DNA of 54,444 bases from contig NC_068991.1 in assembly GCF_001194135.2 (NCBI RefSeq), forward strand, positions 24,096,895 to 24,151,338, in the 5' to 3' direction. Below, piece after piece: positions 24,119 through 37,182 of this stretch. The DNA is from Octopus bimaculoides (lineage: Eukaryota). A model generated the notes under the pieces. That model did no database searches and was not told the origin of the DNA. It saw only the letters and a program-made list of their open reading frames with translations. Positions within the stretch are counted from its first letter, which is position 1. Every line of letters begins with the position of its first letter. A program made the translations under genes and the position numbers.

Positions 24119-24119
<1 letters not shown>
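23257..24119. mobile_element. Fold-back non-autonomous mariner made of two inverted 5' ends
   Basis: Both ends read CGWGGTTTGATCAATAA inward from TA and the arms align over >200 bp. The plus arm encodes DQRICIKFCQKLG; the minus arm encodes GRTQVYEWFRRFHDGR and VSAKFVPKLISADQKDTRV. Confidence 0.9.
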
Positions 24120-24165
<46 letters not shown>

Positions 24166-24882
24166 GTTACTTTTGAAGCTTCAGTCAGATGTCAGTTTAC
24201 CTGGAAAGAAACAATGCAGTTATTAATAAGATTTGAAATTAATGCATACAAGATTTCACAGCTTTATCATCATTCCTTCCTATTCAGCCTATGAACCTTT
24301 TCAGCCCATCTTCGTAGATGGTATTAGAATCAATTATACGAAAAAATCAAGGACAAAAATAACAATTATTCTTCTGATGAAGTTAGAACCACTCATCTAT
24401 CGCTTGTTGTGTAATCACATGAACGGTTACCCTAGAGAATGCTTGTAATTTACTCTTTTCAAAATTGTTCAATTCTTGTCAGTGACTGGTTGTCTCACTT
24501 TGATATTCATAATATTTGATATCGTGTAATAAAATATTCAGAGTTCACCTTGTTTTCATTGGCAAGATGTACTTATTCACAATACTTATTTGTGATATGG
24601 TCAAACGAAATTAAAGCATAATGAATTTAGAGGCGGTAAAGCACAAGCAACGAAACGAAGAACACGGGACTCTTTGGGCTGATTGTCAGATACATCAGCG
24701 ATTTAAAAGTTGCAGCTCTAAGAAGCTAGTATAAATGGTATTAGACATAAAAAGGCACTAATTTTGAGATTGAAAAATGAAACATCAAGCCCAATGACGC
24801 AATTTGGCTTGACTCCGTATATATTGCTTACTGAGTAACCGCTCTATCGATTACACTCTCAGTTGTATACCATTTCGTTTCG

Positions 24883-25100
24883 CCCATTTGATACTAAGTC
24901 GTCTGAGACAGCATTTGATTTTGTGTTACAAGCTTCGTATTTTAGTGATCTAAATTAAAAACCTTCCGTCAAAATTTCATGTTTATGTTCCAAACACCAG
25001 CTTCAGCATGACAAAATTTTGTTTTCTAAATACTTCATTATTTTCAAAATGAAATAAAAGGAAGGTATTTCAACGGAAATGCATTAACAAAAAGGTTGAA
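24883..25100. mobile_element. Possible degenerate piggyBac-like MITE
   Basis: Ends CCCATTTGATAC and AACAAAAAGGTTGAA loosely resemble TTAA-CCCTT termini; the interior resembles an octopus repeat I recall. Not verifiable from a second copy here. Confidence 0.35.
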
Positions 25101-25310
25101 TTGATTCTGCTGTACTGTTAATTGCATAGTTTTATCTCTACAATATAATTCAACAGTTACTTAATGCTAGCATGATATTCTACTTAAGTCCATCTAGCCT
25201 AGCCTGATGTTCTATTTTGTTTCGATGTCGGCGATAAGGAATAAACCTGAAAAATAAGTAATCCTGTTTATAAATTCTTTTTCAAAGTAATGGCCACAGT
25301 GACAAGTACA

Positions 25311-25410
25311 ATTTACCTGTGTATTAAAATCAATTATACGAAGAAATCAAGGACAAAAATAACAGTTATTCTACTGATGAAGTTAGAACCACGCATTTAC
25401 CTGTGTATTA
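25311..25410 (+). repeat. 68-bp copy of 24327-24394 flanked by a 16-bp direct repeat
   Basis: ATTTACCTGTGTATTA at 25311-25326 and 25395-25410; the insert has 5 mismatches in 68 bp versus the donor. Confidence 0.9.
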
Positions 25411-25943
25411 CAAAACGGTGTCCATTTAACCTAAACACTGTGTTATTTTACTAAAGAAATAAATTATGGACACGTAAATAGAAGTCTATCTACTATACAA
25501 TACCTTCAAAGTATCTGTTTCGAAATCATTTCCTCTCTAATTAGAGATCCAAAATGAAGATATATATGTTGCTACCTTTACAACTTCAATTAAGTAGAAA
25601 CCACTTTACGACTTTTAATAAGCTACTATACATTAAACCAGCACATCCTATCAATGTATCAGCAAACTAGTTCACAGATTATAATTCATTTTGGCATCTG
25701 TTAGGTCTCTATTGATGCTGTAAATGAGTTTTACAAAGTTTAAAAATCACGTCTATCAGTCACTGTGTGCACATATGTTTGTGTGTGTGTGAGTGTGAGA
25801 GAGTGACTCTCTGTGTGTGTATGTGTGTGTGTGCACGCAAGGGAGACAGAGATATATTAGAGAGAGAGAGAGAGAAATAGAGAGAGGGTTAGGCGGACAA
25901 CTCAATAAGCATGTATTTACTAATTACTAATGTTTTGCATATA

Positions 25944-27173
25944 TACACAGACATGACAGAAGTAAATAGACACCCCATAAAACATCGTTTTATGCTTATT
26001 CTTACTTGTAAAGGTCTATATATTTTATTAATTGACATTTTTATGTTTCAGGTTCTACATGTGACTGTTTAATCATGCCATGTACAAAAGATGCCTTAGA
26101 ACTGTCTGAAATTCAAAGAGGCTGTATTGTGGGTCATTCCGAAGGTGGACATAGAGTAAAATCGTAGTAAACCTTAGGATCACGCTTTCTACACTTAATA
26201 GAGTGATTGTGCAATTCACCAGACAGGGATAGGAGTCCACATCACCTCGCCCAGATCAACCAGAGCCCTCTGACAGGACCCTTCCCTTTGCTAAAAGAAG
26301 TGTGGCGGATAAACCTCGTTGCAAGGCCTCTGACACAGCAGAACAAGCTAATGTCAGTCCCAAAACAGCTGTCAGATATCTTCACAAACTTGGTTACTAT
26401 GACAGAGCAGCAAGAAGGAAACCACTTCTTCGACCAGCCAACATCAAGCGGAAAAAATTGGGCCAGGGAGATGGTGAAGAGGCCACTCGCATTTTGGGCC
26501 ACTGTCATATTCTGACAGATTTGCTGTATTTCCTGACAGTGGTCGAGTGTGGGTCTGGAGACTCTGTAATCAAGAATTTGATGTGAAAAGACTGCAGCCA
26601 ACAATGAAACACGGCACCTATTCCGTGATGGCCAGGGGAGCAATTTCGAGCAATAGTTGATCAGAGCTGGTGGAGTGTGAGGGAAACATAAACTCAGATA
26701 AATGTGTCCATATTGCAGAAAGGACTCCTTCCAATCTTCTCCAGTGGTGAAATAATTAAAGAAAACTCTTTATTTATGGAAGATAGGGCTCCTTGTCACA
26801 CGGCTAAAATGACCCAAGATTTGTTGGATGAGAATGGCATTAAAAAGCTTCCATGGCCAAGCTAATCACTAGATATAAACCCTATTGAACACCTCTGGGA
26901 CATAATGGACAGGACACTTCATAAAAAGAACAAGAAAGCATCTTCAAAGCAAGATCTTTTGAGATTACTGCATGAAACTTGGCAAGAAATTCCGCCAGAG
27001 AATATTCAACTGATCATTAACATGCCTAATAGGGTCCTTGCATTGAAAAATGCAAAGGGCGTGTCTACTGAATATTAAATATTCGCATTATAACAATTAA
27101 TAAATAATTTGAATGTATATTTTCAGATTTAAATAAATTTTAATGATAATAAGGGTGTCTATTTACTTCTGTC

Positions 27174-27178
<5 letters not shown>
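25944..27178 (+). mobile_element. Tc1-family (DD34E) transposon, full length, inactivated transposase
   Basis: Perfect 21-bp inverted repeat GACAGAAGTAAATAGACACCC at 25955-25975 and 27153-27173. Peptides LSEIQRGCIVG, AARRKPLL and EDRAPCH...WPS*SLDINPIEHLW (D-34-E), with stops and frameshifts. Outer ends approximate. Confidence 0.93.
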
Positions 27179-27222
<44 letters not shown>

Positions 27223-27379
27223 CACATACATACATACATAACACATCCTTTTGATACATACATACTTACATACATACATACATACACACATATATATATA
27301 TATATATATNNNNNNNNNNTATATATATATATACAGACTCACACATTCACACACACGCACACATACACGCAGATATATG

Positions 27380-27745
27380 CAAGCGTGGCTGTGTGATAAG
27401 AAGTTTGCTTCCCAGCCACATGGTTTCGGATTGAGTCCCACTGCCTATCACCTTGAGCAGGTGTCTTCTACTATAACCTATAGCTTCGAGTCTTGTGAGT
27501 GGATTTAGTTGGCGGAAACTGAAAGAAGCCAGTCGTGAAGATATATATATATATATATGTAGGGGGTGTATGTGTGTCTGTAGCTGTATTTGTGTGCTTG
27601 TCCTTGTCCTGCACCATCGCTGAACAACCAGCGTTGGTATGTATATGTTCCCGTAACTTAGCGATTCGGCAATAGACATCCGATACAATAAGTGCCAAAC
27701 TTTGATAGCAAAGAAGTGCTGGGGTCGATTCGTTCGGCTAAAGTT
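27380..27745 (+). mobile_element. SINE family B, nearly complete
   Basis: GCAAGCGTGGCTGTGTGATAAGAAG head, internal (TA)n at ~27541, CCCGTAACTTAGCGATTCGGCAA, GGGGTCGATT. Confidence 0.85.
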
Positions 27746-27779
27746 TTAACATTTAGCGAGAAAGGGTGGGATGAAATTC

Positions 27780-28790
27780 TTAAACCCATCTTTTACAATA
27801 ATAAGACCACTTGTAGACTGTTAAACACAACGAGGACTGAAATCGGTTTAGTAGCCAAAAAAATACTAAGGAATATTGATATCAGAATAAGAGAGACGAC
27901 CATCAATGAGATAAAGGCAGTATTTTAATAGACTAGTTTAAGAATTTAAAGGATGTGTACAGGGTCAGATTTACACAATTTGATATTATAGATGTTGAGA
28001 TCGCCGTCTGATAAGGCGATTGAGTTCGCAAAAACATATGTTTATATTGATAACATAGACCTGGACTTTATGCATGCGAGAAAAGCACTTCTATTTAGAA
28101 AGGATTCAGCATGGGTTATAAATCCGATGCAGATGAGTTGTTCGATATATCGATAAAATTGTATGACAGTGTGCACATCTACGATCTTGTAGGTCTCTTT
28201 ATATTCCATACACCAAGATCCTCGGGAGTATCTCATGGCTGTCATGGTCATACTTTCTTGATAAATTTAGGGAAAAGCTTGTTAATACCTTGGTCAATTA
28301 GGTCTCAAAATGACTATTACTACCTACCTGTCAAAAGTCGATATTTTAGATACTTCCCAAGATCTAAACTCCTGCTGTAACCGTACCATAAGCCAAATGA
28401 GAAACTCTCCTACATACACAAATAGTTCTGTCTCCCACCGATAGTATTTAAAATCTGATAGCAAACATTAGTAATTGAATGTCTTATCTCTTTTCTTCTA
28501 AAGAAATATTTGATGAAGCAGCCGCCTACTATAACAATGCCCACTAACATCGGCTTCAAAGATGAGATATATTATAACCCGTCAAGAAAAAATATGAATC
28601 ATGAAAGTAGACTTAGAAAAATAATATGGTTCGCCCCCGCTTCTTCCTAAATCTTTAAACTAACGTAGGCAAGAGATTATTGTCTCTTTTAAATAAGCAC
28701 CTCCCAGTAAACCACAAATACAACAAGATTTTTCACAGTCGCTCGATTAAAATATACAACTGCTGCCCCAATATGAAGAACATTATCATT
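27780..28790 (+). mobile_element. Degenerate Penelope-like element, Naiad-type RT and linker
   Basis: Fragments across frameshifts: TTCRLLNTTRTEIGLVAKKIL, FTQFDIID, MHARKALLF, LFDISIKLYDSVHIYDLVGLFI, PYHKPNEKLSYIH, RKIIWF, TNVGKRLLSLLNKHLP...KIF...CPNMKNII. These match the conserved order in Naiad/Chlamys-type PLE RTs. Confidence 0.85.
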
Positions 28791-29714
28791 TGTGTAGCTG
28801 TTTCGCAGTCTCTGAACCCCTCTCTGTTGAATTATGCTACAACTGCTATCTTAATTATGGCTTTACGGTCAAAAGGAACATAACTATCATTTTCTTTTTT
28901 TCTGCTTTTATTCACCCTTCAACTTTTTGTACCTACCTTCCTTTCGTTTATTCTTTTGATTTCTCTTGTGCCAGCTCCTGATTTGCAAACCTGGCCAGAC
29001 ATACATCTCCTGCGTCAGAGCCAATAAAGTACTATTCCAAGTCGGTGGAGTGTCGAAATGAGTTCCTATAGATTCTTGGGAATATTAAACTTCGTAAATT
29101 TGCCATCGACCTTTTTAAATGTTCACACTCGTCTTCTGTATGAATGGATGTTAGCGTATATTGCTACCTTTTTTTATAGTAAGCAGGGTCAGTGTGATTA
29201 TCCCCTGAATTTAAGTTATTTTTAATGGAACAATAACAATTCACTACATCACACAACACAAAACAAGACTGTAAGCTAGATAGTTAAAAGTTAGTGGGCA
29301 AGATATTTATAGGCGGCGAAATCCCCGCAATAAAAGTCGATTAACGATAAAAGTAATGCTAATAGAATACAAAGCTGAAACAAACACATGAATAGCATAT
29401 ACTAATCACAATGCATCCAACTTACGACATGTAAATATAATGCTGAAAGAATCAAATTTCGCCTGCAACGACTTTATGTATCACATTGGTTCCGCTCATA
29501 TAAAGAGAAAGTGACACACGCCAACGTCACATCGTCTGGAAGATGAAACTGTGAAAATCGAAACACGTTGGTGATGGATTTGGAAGCTTTCCTGTTCCAC
29601 ATAAACTGTGAGGAATTCATATGAAAATAAGAAAAACGCCTTCATAAAAAAGATAAAGTAAGAACACGTTTGTGTTTTTAGTACATGATTAAAAGCCGAG
29701 CTGTTCCCTATAGT

Positions 29715-29830
<116 letters not shown>

Positions 29831-31668
29831 AATAGAGAGAGAGAGGGGAGAGGAAGAGGGGGAGAAGGAGAAGGATGCTTGCTACAAGAAAACTTGATAG
29901 TAAAGTTATCGTTATGGTGAGTCTAAAAAATTTATTTATTAAGCTTACAAATTCATTGATGGAGACAATCATTATCTAAATTAATAATTCTACTCAAAAA
30001 TGTAAGAAAGTAAAGTCCTAAATTTTAATTATCTAAAATTTCGTGGTTGTCTTTCCCTGATTGGTTAGCAGTTTGGAAGCAAGTCCAAGCATGTTTCGAT
30101 ATTATTTGACCTTGTCAGTAAAGCATAGTAGAAGTGCGACTGCTAGAACTTTGGAGACCAGAAAAAAATATTAGATTTTAATTATATTCTCTTGTTAGCA
30201 ATAAATAAACTACGATTATTATATTCTCAACTAGAGGATTACTGAAAAAAATTCAAGAAGTTTGGAAACGGGAGAGAATAATGACAGTATTTAGAATGAG
30301 ATAACAAATATATTAACTATGAATATAAGATAGTATTTTTTCTTTTTTACAATCTGAATACTATCATAACGAGTGGAAGAATTTGCAAATTTTCTCGTAA
30401 AAAGAGATAGTTGTGAAAAATTCCAATAAAAATTAACAAAACAAAAATTGTTTATCGTTTTCTTGGAGATGGAAAGATATAAAATATAAGTTTAAATAGC
30501 AAACTATTGTAGGGAAATTAGAGAAAAACTAACTGAAAACTACGTATTATATATGCACTTTTTGTGTGTAACACTTAACTATTTGAAACTGTTGAATTTG
30601 TTTCACGTTATATGGTTTTCTTTCTAGATTATTCAATACAAGCTCTAAACTGGAGTCATTCTGTTTATTTTTTGTATTCGACAATTCATTCTGCTGCCTC
30701 CTTTGTCTCATTATGCTCAACTAGTGATTTATATTTTCTTAAATTCTGATAATCAAATTAATTTCCTCTTTTCCTCATTGGTAAATCTAATCAATATATA
30801 TATATATATATATANNNNNNNNNNNNNNNNNNNNNNNNNNNNNNNNNNNNNNNNNNNNNNNNNNNNNNNNNNNNNNNNNNNNNNNNNNNNNNNNNNNNNN
30901 NNNNNNNNNNNNNNNNNNNNNNNNNNNNNNNNNNNNNNNNNNNNNNNNNNNNNNNNNNNNNNNNNNNNNNNNNNNNNNNNNNNNNNNNNNNNNNNNNNNN
31001 NNNNNNNNNNNNNNNNNNNNNNNNNNNNNNNNNNNNNNNNNNNNNNNNNNNNNNNNNNNNNNNNNNNNNNNNNNNNNNNNNNNNNNNNNNNNNNNNNNNN
31101 NNNNNNNNNNNNNNNNNNNNNNNNNNNNNNNNNNNNNNNNNNNNNNNNNNNNNNNNNNNNNNNNNNNNNNNNNNNNNNNNNNNNNNNNNNNNNNNNNNNN
31201 NNNNNNNNNNNNNNNNNNNNNNNNNNNNNNNNNNNNNNNNNNNNNNNNNNNNNNNNNNNNNNNNNNNNNNNNNNNNNNNNNNNNNNNNNNNNNNNNNNNN
31301 NNNNNNNNNNNNNNNNNNNNNNNNNNNNNNNNNNNNNNNNNNNNNNNNNNNNNNNNNNNNNNNNNNNNNNNNNNNNNNNNNNNNNNNNNNNNNNNNNNNN
31401 NNNNNNNNNNNNNNNNNNNNNNNNNNNNNNNNNNNNNNNNNNNNNNNNNNNNNNNNNNNNNNNNNNNNNNNNNNNNNNNNNNNNNNNNNNNNNNNNNNNN
31501 NNNNNNNNNNNNNNNNNNNNNNNNNNNNNNNNNNNNNNNNNNNNNNNNNNNNNNNNNNNNNNNNNNNNNNNNNNNNNNNNNNNNNNNNNNNNNNNNNNNN
31601 NNNNNNNNNNNNNNNNNNNNNNNNNNNNNNNNNNNNNNNNNNNNNNNNATATATATATATATATATAA

Positions 31669-31764
31669 GTTTTTCTAAGTCCTGTAAAAGAACTCGAAAG
31701 GCTAGGCCACCAACTAGGCCTTTTGCGACACCCTTAAAGCCAGGAACTTTTCAGCAATCCCTCG
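31669..31764 (-). mobile_element. Truncated mariner-derived MITE (same family as 49365-49581)
   Basis: Reverse complement CGAGGGATTGCTGAAAAGTTCCTGGCTTTAAGGGTGTCG aligns with 49365-49460. Confidence 0.8.
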
Positions 31765-31904
31765 TATAAAGAGTTGTAAATATTACTTCTTTATTTGCCT
31801 GTCATGTAGGTATTTTTTATTTACATCCTCATACTCTCATTAACAACTTTCATTATGTACATATTATTCAACGTCATTATTAACGGTTGGAGTACTCTAG
31901 TATT

Positions 31905-32000
31905 GAAAAGAATTTGAACTCAGAACGTAGACGGGTAGCTAAATACCGTGTGAAGTGTTTTTGTTAGATGCTCTGACGATTCGGCCAATTCACGGCCTTT
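31905..32000 (-). mobile_element. Diverged SINE family A head
   Basis: AATTTGAACTCAGAACGTAG...GACGATTCGGCCAATTCACGGCCTT. Confidence 0.55.
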
Positions 32001-32595
32001 ATAAGACATATGATAAAGTAGAATGAAAAAAAAAACATGCACTAATCAATTTATTTCTTGCTTCCCAACCTGAACAAGTAGAATTTATGAGCGGGCACAT
32101 ATTGGCGGTTTCATACATAGATGATTATATCAGCATTATGTAATAACTATTGAGAAAAAGGTGAATCAAAACAAACATAAGTAAATATTACAGAGAACAA
32201 TAAATTCTGATAAAGAACACCTATTTATAGGAATACATCCTGGAAAACTGTCTACTTAGTATTGCCAAAAATTATCATTTGCGGTGAAATACTCAAATTG
32301 ATGGATGGTGAACTTATCCATCTACAAATATTTGGAAATAGATTTATCCAGAATATGAGAATAAATAAGAAAAAAAAAAGATTTTTGTGATAAAAAATTA
32401 CAGATACATTTATACAAATATACACCACATATAAAGAACACAACAAATAAATATATTACTAATAAATATTATGCAAAGTATTCTGAATATAGAAAAACTA
32501 AAAAAGAACACTGCACCTGCCCAAGGCACGCAGACATGTGTTCTGTTATATAATAAACATACACAACAATAACAATAACAATGAAATATTATTGA

Positions 32596-32730
32596 TGGTT
32601 TCAAATTTTTGGCACAAGGCCAGCAAGTTCGGGGAGAGAGGAAGTCGATTACACTGATCCCAGTATCAAATTGGTACTTATTTTAACGACTTCCGAAAGG
32701 ATGAAGAGAAAAGTCGACCTCAGCACGATT
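32596..32730 (-). mobile_element. SINE family A 3' two-thirds
   Basis: GGTTTCAAATTTTTGGCACAAGGCCAGC...AAAGGATGAAG...AAAGTCGACCTC. Confidence 0.75.
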
Positions 32731-33019
32731 GCCAGGTTCCTGAAATATGTGCACATGGTGCACAGAGTAACTCCAGAGAAAACCTCATCGCACACTCTGC
32801 TAAAAGCAGTGGCGAGCACGTCGGGTTGATACCCAATCCACCTTCATACTATGAACAATGGTGATCAAGAAATCCAGAGGCATTCAGGCAGTATGACAAG
32901 CACAATAAAAACAGAGCAATAAAGATATTTTGTTGCTCCGAGTAGACGTAACATTCCACATATCTCTTAAATTAGTCTAACCAGTGATTCCATGAGTTAT
33001 GGAAGAATTTTGTGAAATA

Positions 33020-33505
33020 TATGTCATTCATCACCTCGACGAGCTCCCACTTTTAGATGAAATTATTTCTGCTATCAGAATGTGAAAAAATCTTCGAGTA
33101 GACAGTATTACACTAGAGATATTAAAGAGATGTGATTATCTCTAGACAAGCATTTTCATAGCTACATTAAAGAGGTGTGGAACCAGGAGCATATACTTCA
33201 ATATTGCAAGGTAATTAAATCACCACAGCCTTCAAAAAACAAGCAAAGGAGACATATTTGTATCAACGACACGAGGTTTTGTCGGTCTATCAGAGGTTTT
33301 TGACAAGGAGACAAATCTACTGTATCAACAAGGAAGACAAATTTGTTTGCATCAACGACACTTTGTAGAGCTGTCAAAAGTTTTCGACAATAGTTAACAA
33401 GGAACTACTACAGGATATTTTCAGAAAGTTTGATAGTCCATCCCAATTCGAGAAACTTCGCCGCCAATTTCACATAAGAATAATAGCTCGAGTTGTTGGA
33501 GGGCA
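33020..33505 (+). mobile_element. Degenerate RTE-clade LINE fragment (RT N-terminal region)
   Basis: LDELPLLDEIISAIR, VDSITLEILK, YIKEVWNQE and FVELSKVFD...LRRQFHIRIIARV resemble RTE motifs (LDxPPTxxE, GxDGIxAE, FVDLTKAFD, LxRQFHDGMxARV). Confidence 0.7.
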
Positions 33506-33909
33506 GACCAAGGTTGTATATTACTTCCTGAACTGTCTAAAGCAATTCATTTGTAGTACTACATTGTTGCGTAAAGACATTGAAAAGGCGAATTTGATAT
33601 GCAAATAATTGAGTTCTGGTAGCTCACAAAACTCTTGAGCCATCACGTCGATAGCTGTTACATTTATAAGAGAATGGATCTGATAGTTAACGTCCAGAAA
33701 TCTGAGATTATATATTAAAACCACACTAAACCACTCTCTCTCTCCTCTCAAATTTCTCAGTACAATAGCTACAATTAACCTGATACAAGCATTTTAAATA
33801 CTTAAGCAGTATAATTTCCAATAATTAAATGAAAGAAGGGGAGGTTCTAAATCGCCTCTCACCAGCCTTTATAGCCTTTGGAAGGCTCGGAAGATGGATT
33901 TGTTTAAAC

Positions 33910-34030
33910 CAGTGGTTCTCAGCCATGGTCCATATGATCCTTGGGGGTTCATAGAAAATTTTGTTAAAATTTATCTGCAATAAACTGGTTATAATTCTAC
34001 AATACACAAAATATTTGAATTTTTATACAA
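33910..34030 (+). mobile_element. hAT (Charlie-like) element 5' end fragment
   Basis: Starts CAGTGGTTCTCAGCC, like the hAT terminus CAGTGGTTCTCAA, after the 8-bp palindrome GTTTAAAC. The second terminus was not found. Confidence 0.5.
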
Positions 34031-34289
34031 TTCTTAATATAGTTTGTTCTATTTGAAAATCAGGACGCTGGTACATGAGAAACCATGGGAAAAACCGAGA
34101 AAGTTGATGCAAAAAGTGGAATTAGATAACAAAGTGTGAATAAAAACGGAAGAAATAAAAGAAAGGAAAAGGAATTAGAGTTACACCACTTTTGACCATA
34201 GAAATCATAATTAAGCCAGTTGTGGAATAATTCAATGGAAACGGGTCCAAAGTCTGCGAGACAACTGCTCAATCTGGACAGAGTGGTGT

Positions 34290-34935
34290 CGTCCAGCTCT
34301 TCATAAGGAATTTGTCCATATGCTTCCATTTACTGAAAATTTCGTGTTTGGAATTAAGCAGTAAAGTAGAATTCTTGGAGCTAGAAAAATGTGAGATCTT
34401 TCAGCTACGCATAAGTTACATTTCTTAGATCTATTTACATATGGCATGGATTTCTTCATGATTCTACACTTGATTATATGTGGTGTGCCGTTGGTCTTCA
34501 AACCCCGTACGTGGTTAACCAACTTAGTGGCTGGAAAGAAGATTAGTGGTTTGCATAACGTCTTTTAAAATTACCTTCGCACAAATTGATGCAATTTTTC
34601 TTTTCAGTTACGTTATTTTAAAGCATTTCTGTGGCTTTTACCTCATAGACGATGAAATTTATCATACATGCCTGGTCAAGTGGGCAATCTTTAGGGTCTC
34701 GACAGATACAACTAGTGTGGTTTACGAGTGATAATGCTCTTTAAACTGGGGCAGAAGCTATAGGATGCTTTTATCGAGTGTCTATTAAAAGTCTTCCTGT
34801 ATTTATGGTTTAATGGGAATTGCGTATCTAAAAGAACCAGGAACTTCGTGCTTACGTTAGTTTTAGCATTTAGGAAGAAACGTGGGTCTGAACCATATTA
34901 TTTTCCAAGGTCTATTTTTAGGTTTCATATTTATG
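34290..34935 (-). mobile_element. Degenerate Naiad-type Penelope-like element: linker and GIY-YIG endonuclease C-terminus
   Basis: Reverse strand reads KIIWF, KTFNRHSIKASYSFCPSLKSII, CICRDPKDCPLDQACMINFIVY, LCEGNFKRRYANH, KKSMPYVNRSKKCNLCVAE and LLNSKHEIFSKWKHMDKFL. Confidence 0.85.
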
Positions 34936-35467
34936 TACACACGATGTATAGTATAGCAGGAGAAATCAACCAATCAATCGAAGTCCACTTCAAATATCTT
35001 GTTCTTCGTGTTTTGATAGTACGAATATTCCTACTCTTTAAGGTTTCACCTTGAATTATTTACTCTCAGAGTAAGCCATATAAACGGCATAGAAGCTTTT
35101 ATAACATTTTCTTTTTCCGCTCTTTGAAAATACCTTTCTAGTGAAGCATGTTGTGCTTTTTTCTTTCTTTCTGGTAACAAGCCTGCGAGACAAGTACTCA
35201 ATGTTGGCATTTTCTCAAATTGCTCTCGTCTTTTCTCTCCCCATCGCTTTGTTTTCTGTTAACCATTCAACATGATAAAATAAATATTCGGTCATCTTGG
35301 CAAGAGGAAGCAGACAGAAAATAAAGGAGCAGCTTAGGATATTCCCCAAATGTTCGGATATTTAACATGTAAAAGTTTTTTAAATAGATGAGCAAACACA
35401 CACACATGGATATAAAAATCTACATCCGTATCTATCTATCTATCTTTATTTCTCTCTCTCTCTCTTA

Positions 35468-35528
<61 letters not shown>

Positions 35529-36334
35529 CGTGTGTCTGTCTGTGTGTCTGTCTGTTTGTCTGTCTGTCTGTGTATGTATGTATGTATGTATATATGTATG
35601 TTTACACATATTCATCATAATACACATATTCATCACAACACACACATATCTGAACACCATCTCATCTATGAATATATGTTGTCAACAAAATAGTGAATAT
35701 ATCAAATAAATTGTTTTGGTATGAAACGAGATAATAAATTGCGTCGAAATAACCAATGATATTTTTCACAATCATTCAAAAGAAAACTCCATTTTCATGT
35801 AATTCTTACAATGCTCAATCTAAATTAAAAAAAAAAAGATAAATTTCAACAGAGGACAGAGAAGTTATTCAAGATATTTCCCAGGCTTCTTTTCCTCTTG
35901 TCTTCTNNNNNNNNNNNNNNNNNNNNNNNNNNNNNNNNNNNNNNNNNNNNNNNNNNNNNNNNNNNNNNNNNNNNNNNNNNNNNNNNNNNNNNNNNNNNNN
36001 NNNNNNNNNNNNNNNNNNNNNNNNNNNNNNNNNNNNNNNNNNNNNNNNNNNNNNNNNNNNNNNNNNNNNNNNNNNNNNNNNNNNNNNNNNNNNNNNNNNN
36101 NNNNNNNNNNNNNNNNNNNNNNNNNNNNNNNNNNNNNNNNNNNNNNNNNNNNNNNNNNNNNNNNNNNNNNNNNNNNNNNNNNNNNNNNNNNNNNNNNNNN
36201 NNNNNNNNNNNNNNNNNNNNNNNNNNNNNNNNNNNNNNNNNNNNNNNNNNNNNNNNNNNNNNNNNNNNNNNNNNNNNNNNNNNNNNNNNNNNNNNNNNNN
36301 NNNNNNNNNNNNNNNNNNNNNNNNNNNNNNNNNN

Positions 36335-36416
<82 letters not shown>

Positions 36417-37103
36417 AATAAATTAGATAAGATAGATTGAATTGACTATCTAATAATTTATTTATATAACATAATATACTATGACTATAATATAATATAA
36501 TATAAAAAATTATTAAAATACCAAAAGAGCCAACAATTTGTTTCGACTTGTATACATTATTTGATTTATAAACAATTCATATAGATTTATATAGGTGTCT
36601 TCAGAACTTTGCTCTAAAAGACAGACGAAATTCCGTGTGAAAGGACGGCTGAATTGTAAAAAATTAATTCAAATGCCTAAGATTAGGAACGTGAGCGTTA
36701 ACTTTTCAACTACAAAACAATTACAATAAAAACAACAACAAAATTATAACGGACAAATAAATAAGTAAATAGAATCTACAACTATCAAAATATATTTCTA
36801 TATATCTCAAATAATATTAACCCAAATTCGTTTAGTTCGAAGACAATCTTTGACTATTATAATAACATACAACAACAATATGTAAGAATATAAATTAAGT
36901 ATCAGGGTCTTACTTAATCTAGAGGCGGTAATAAAACGTGTAAATAAATATAAATGATAATATAGTATTGTACTGGTAATATGTAACAAGTTTTCTCTTT
37001 TATTTAAAGTTATTGATATTAAAATTTTTTTTGAAAGTAACTAACAAAAAAATCTTTATTTACTTAGTTTATCTGAGGGAGAATTCGGTAATAAATAGTT
37101 TGT

Positions 37104-37182
<79 letters not shown>

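Noticed and set aside
34235-34290. Hammerhead-like relic just 3' of the Naiad ORF (minus strand CCAGATTGAGCAGTTGTCTCGCAGAC)
   Set aside because: The position is suggestive, but both core boxes (CUGANGA and GAAA) need several substitutions or indels.
36540-36655. Minus-strand acceptor plus open frame RPFTRNFVCLLEQSSEDTYINLYELF
   Set aside because: No convincing donor and no homology I can name.
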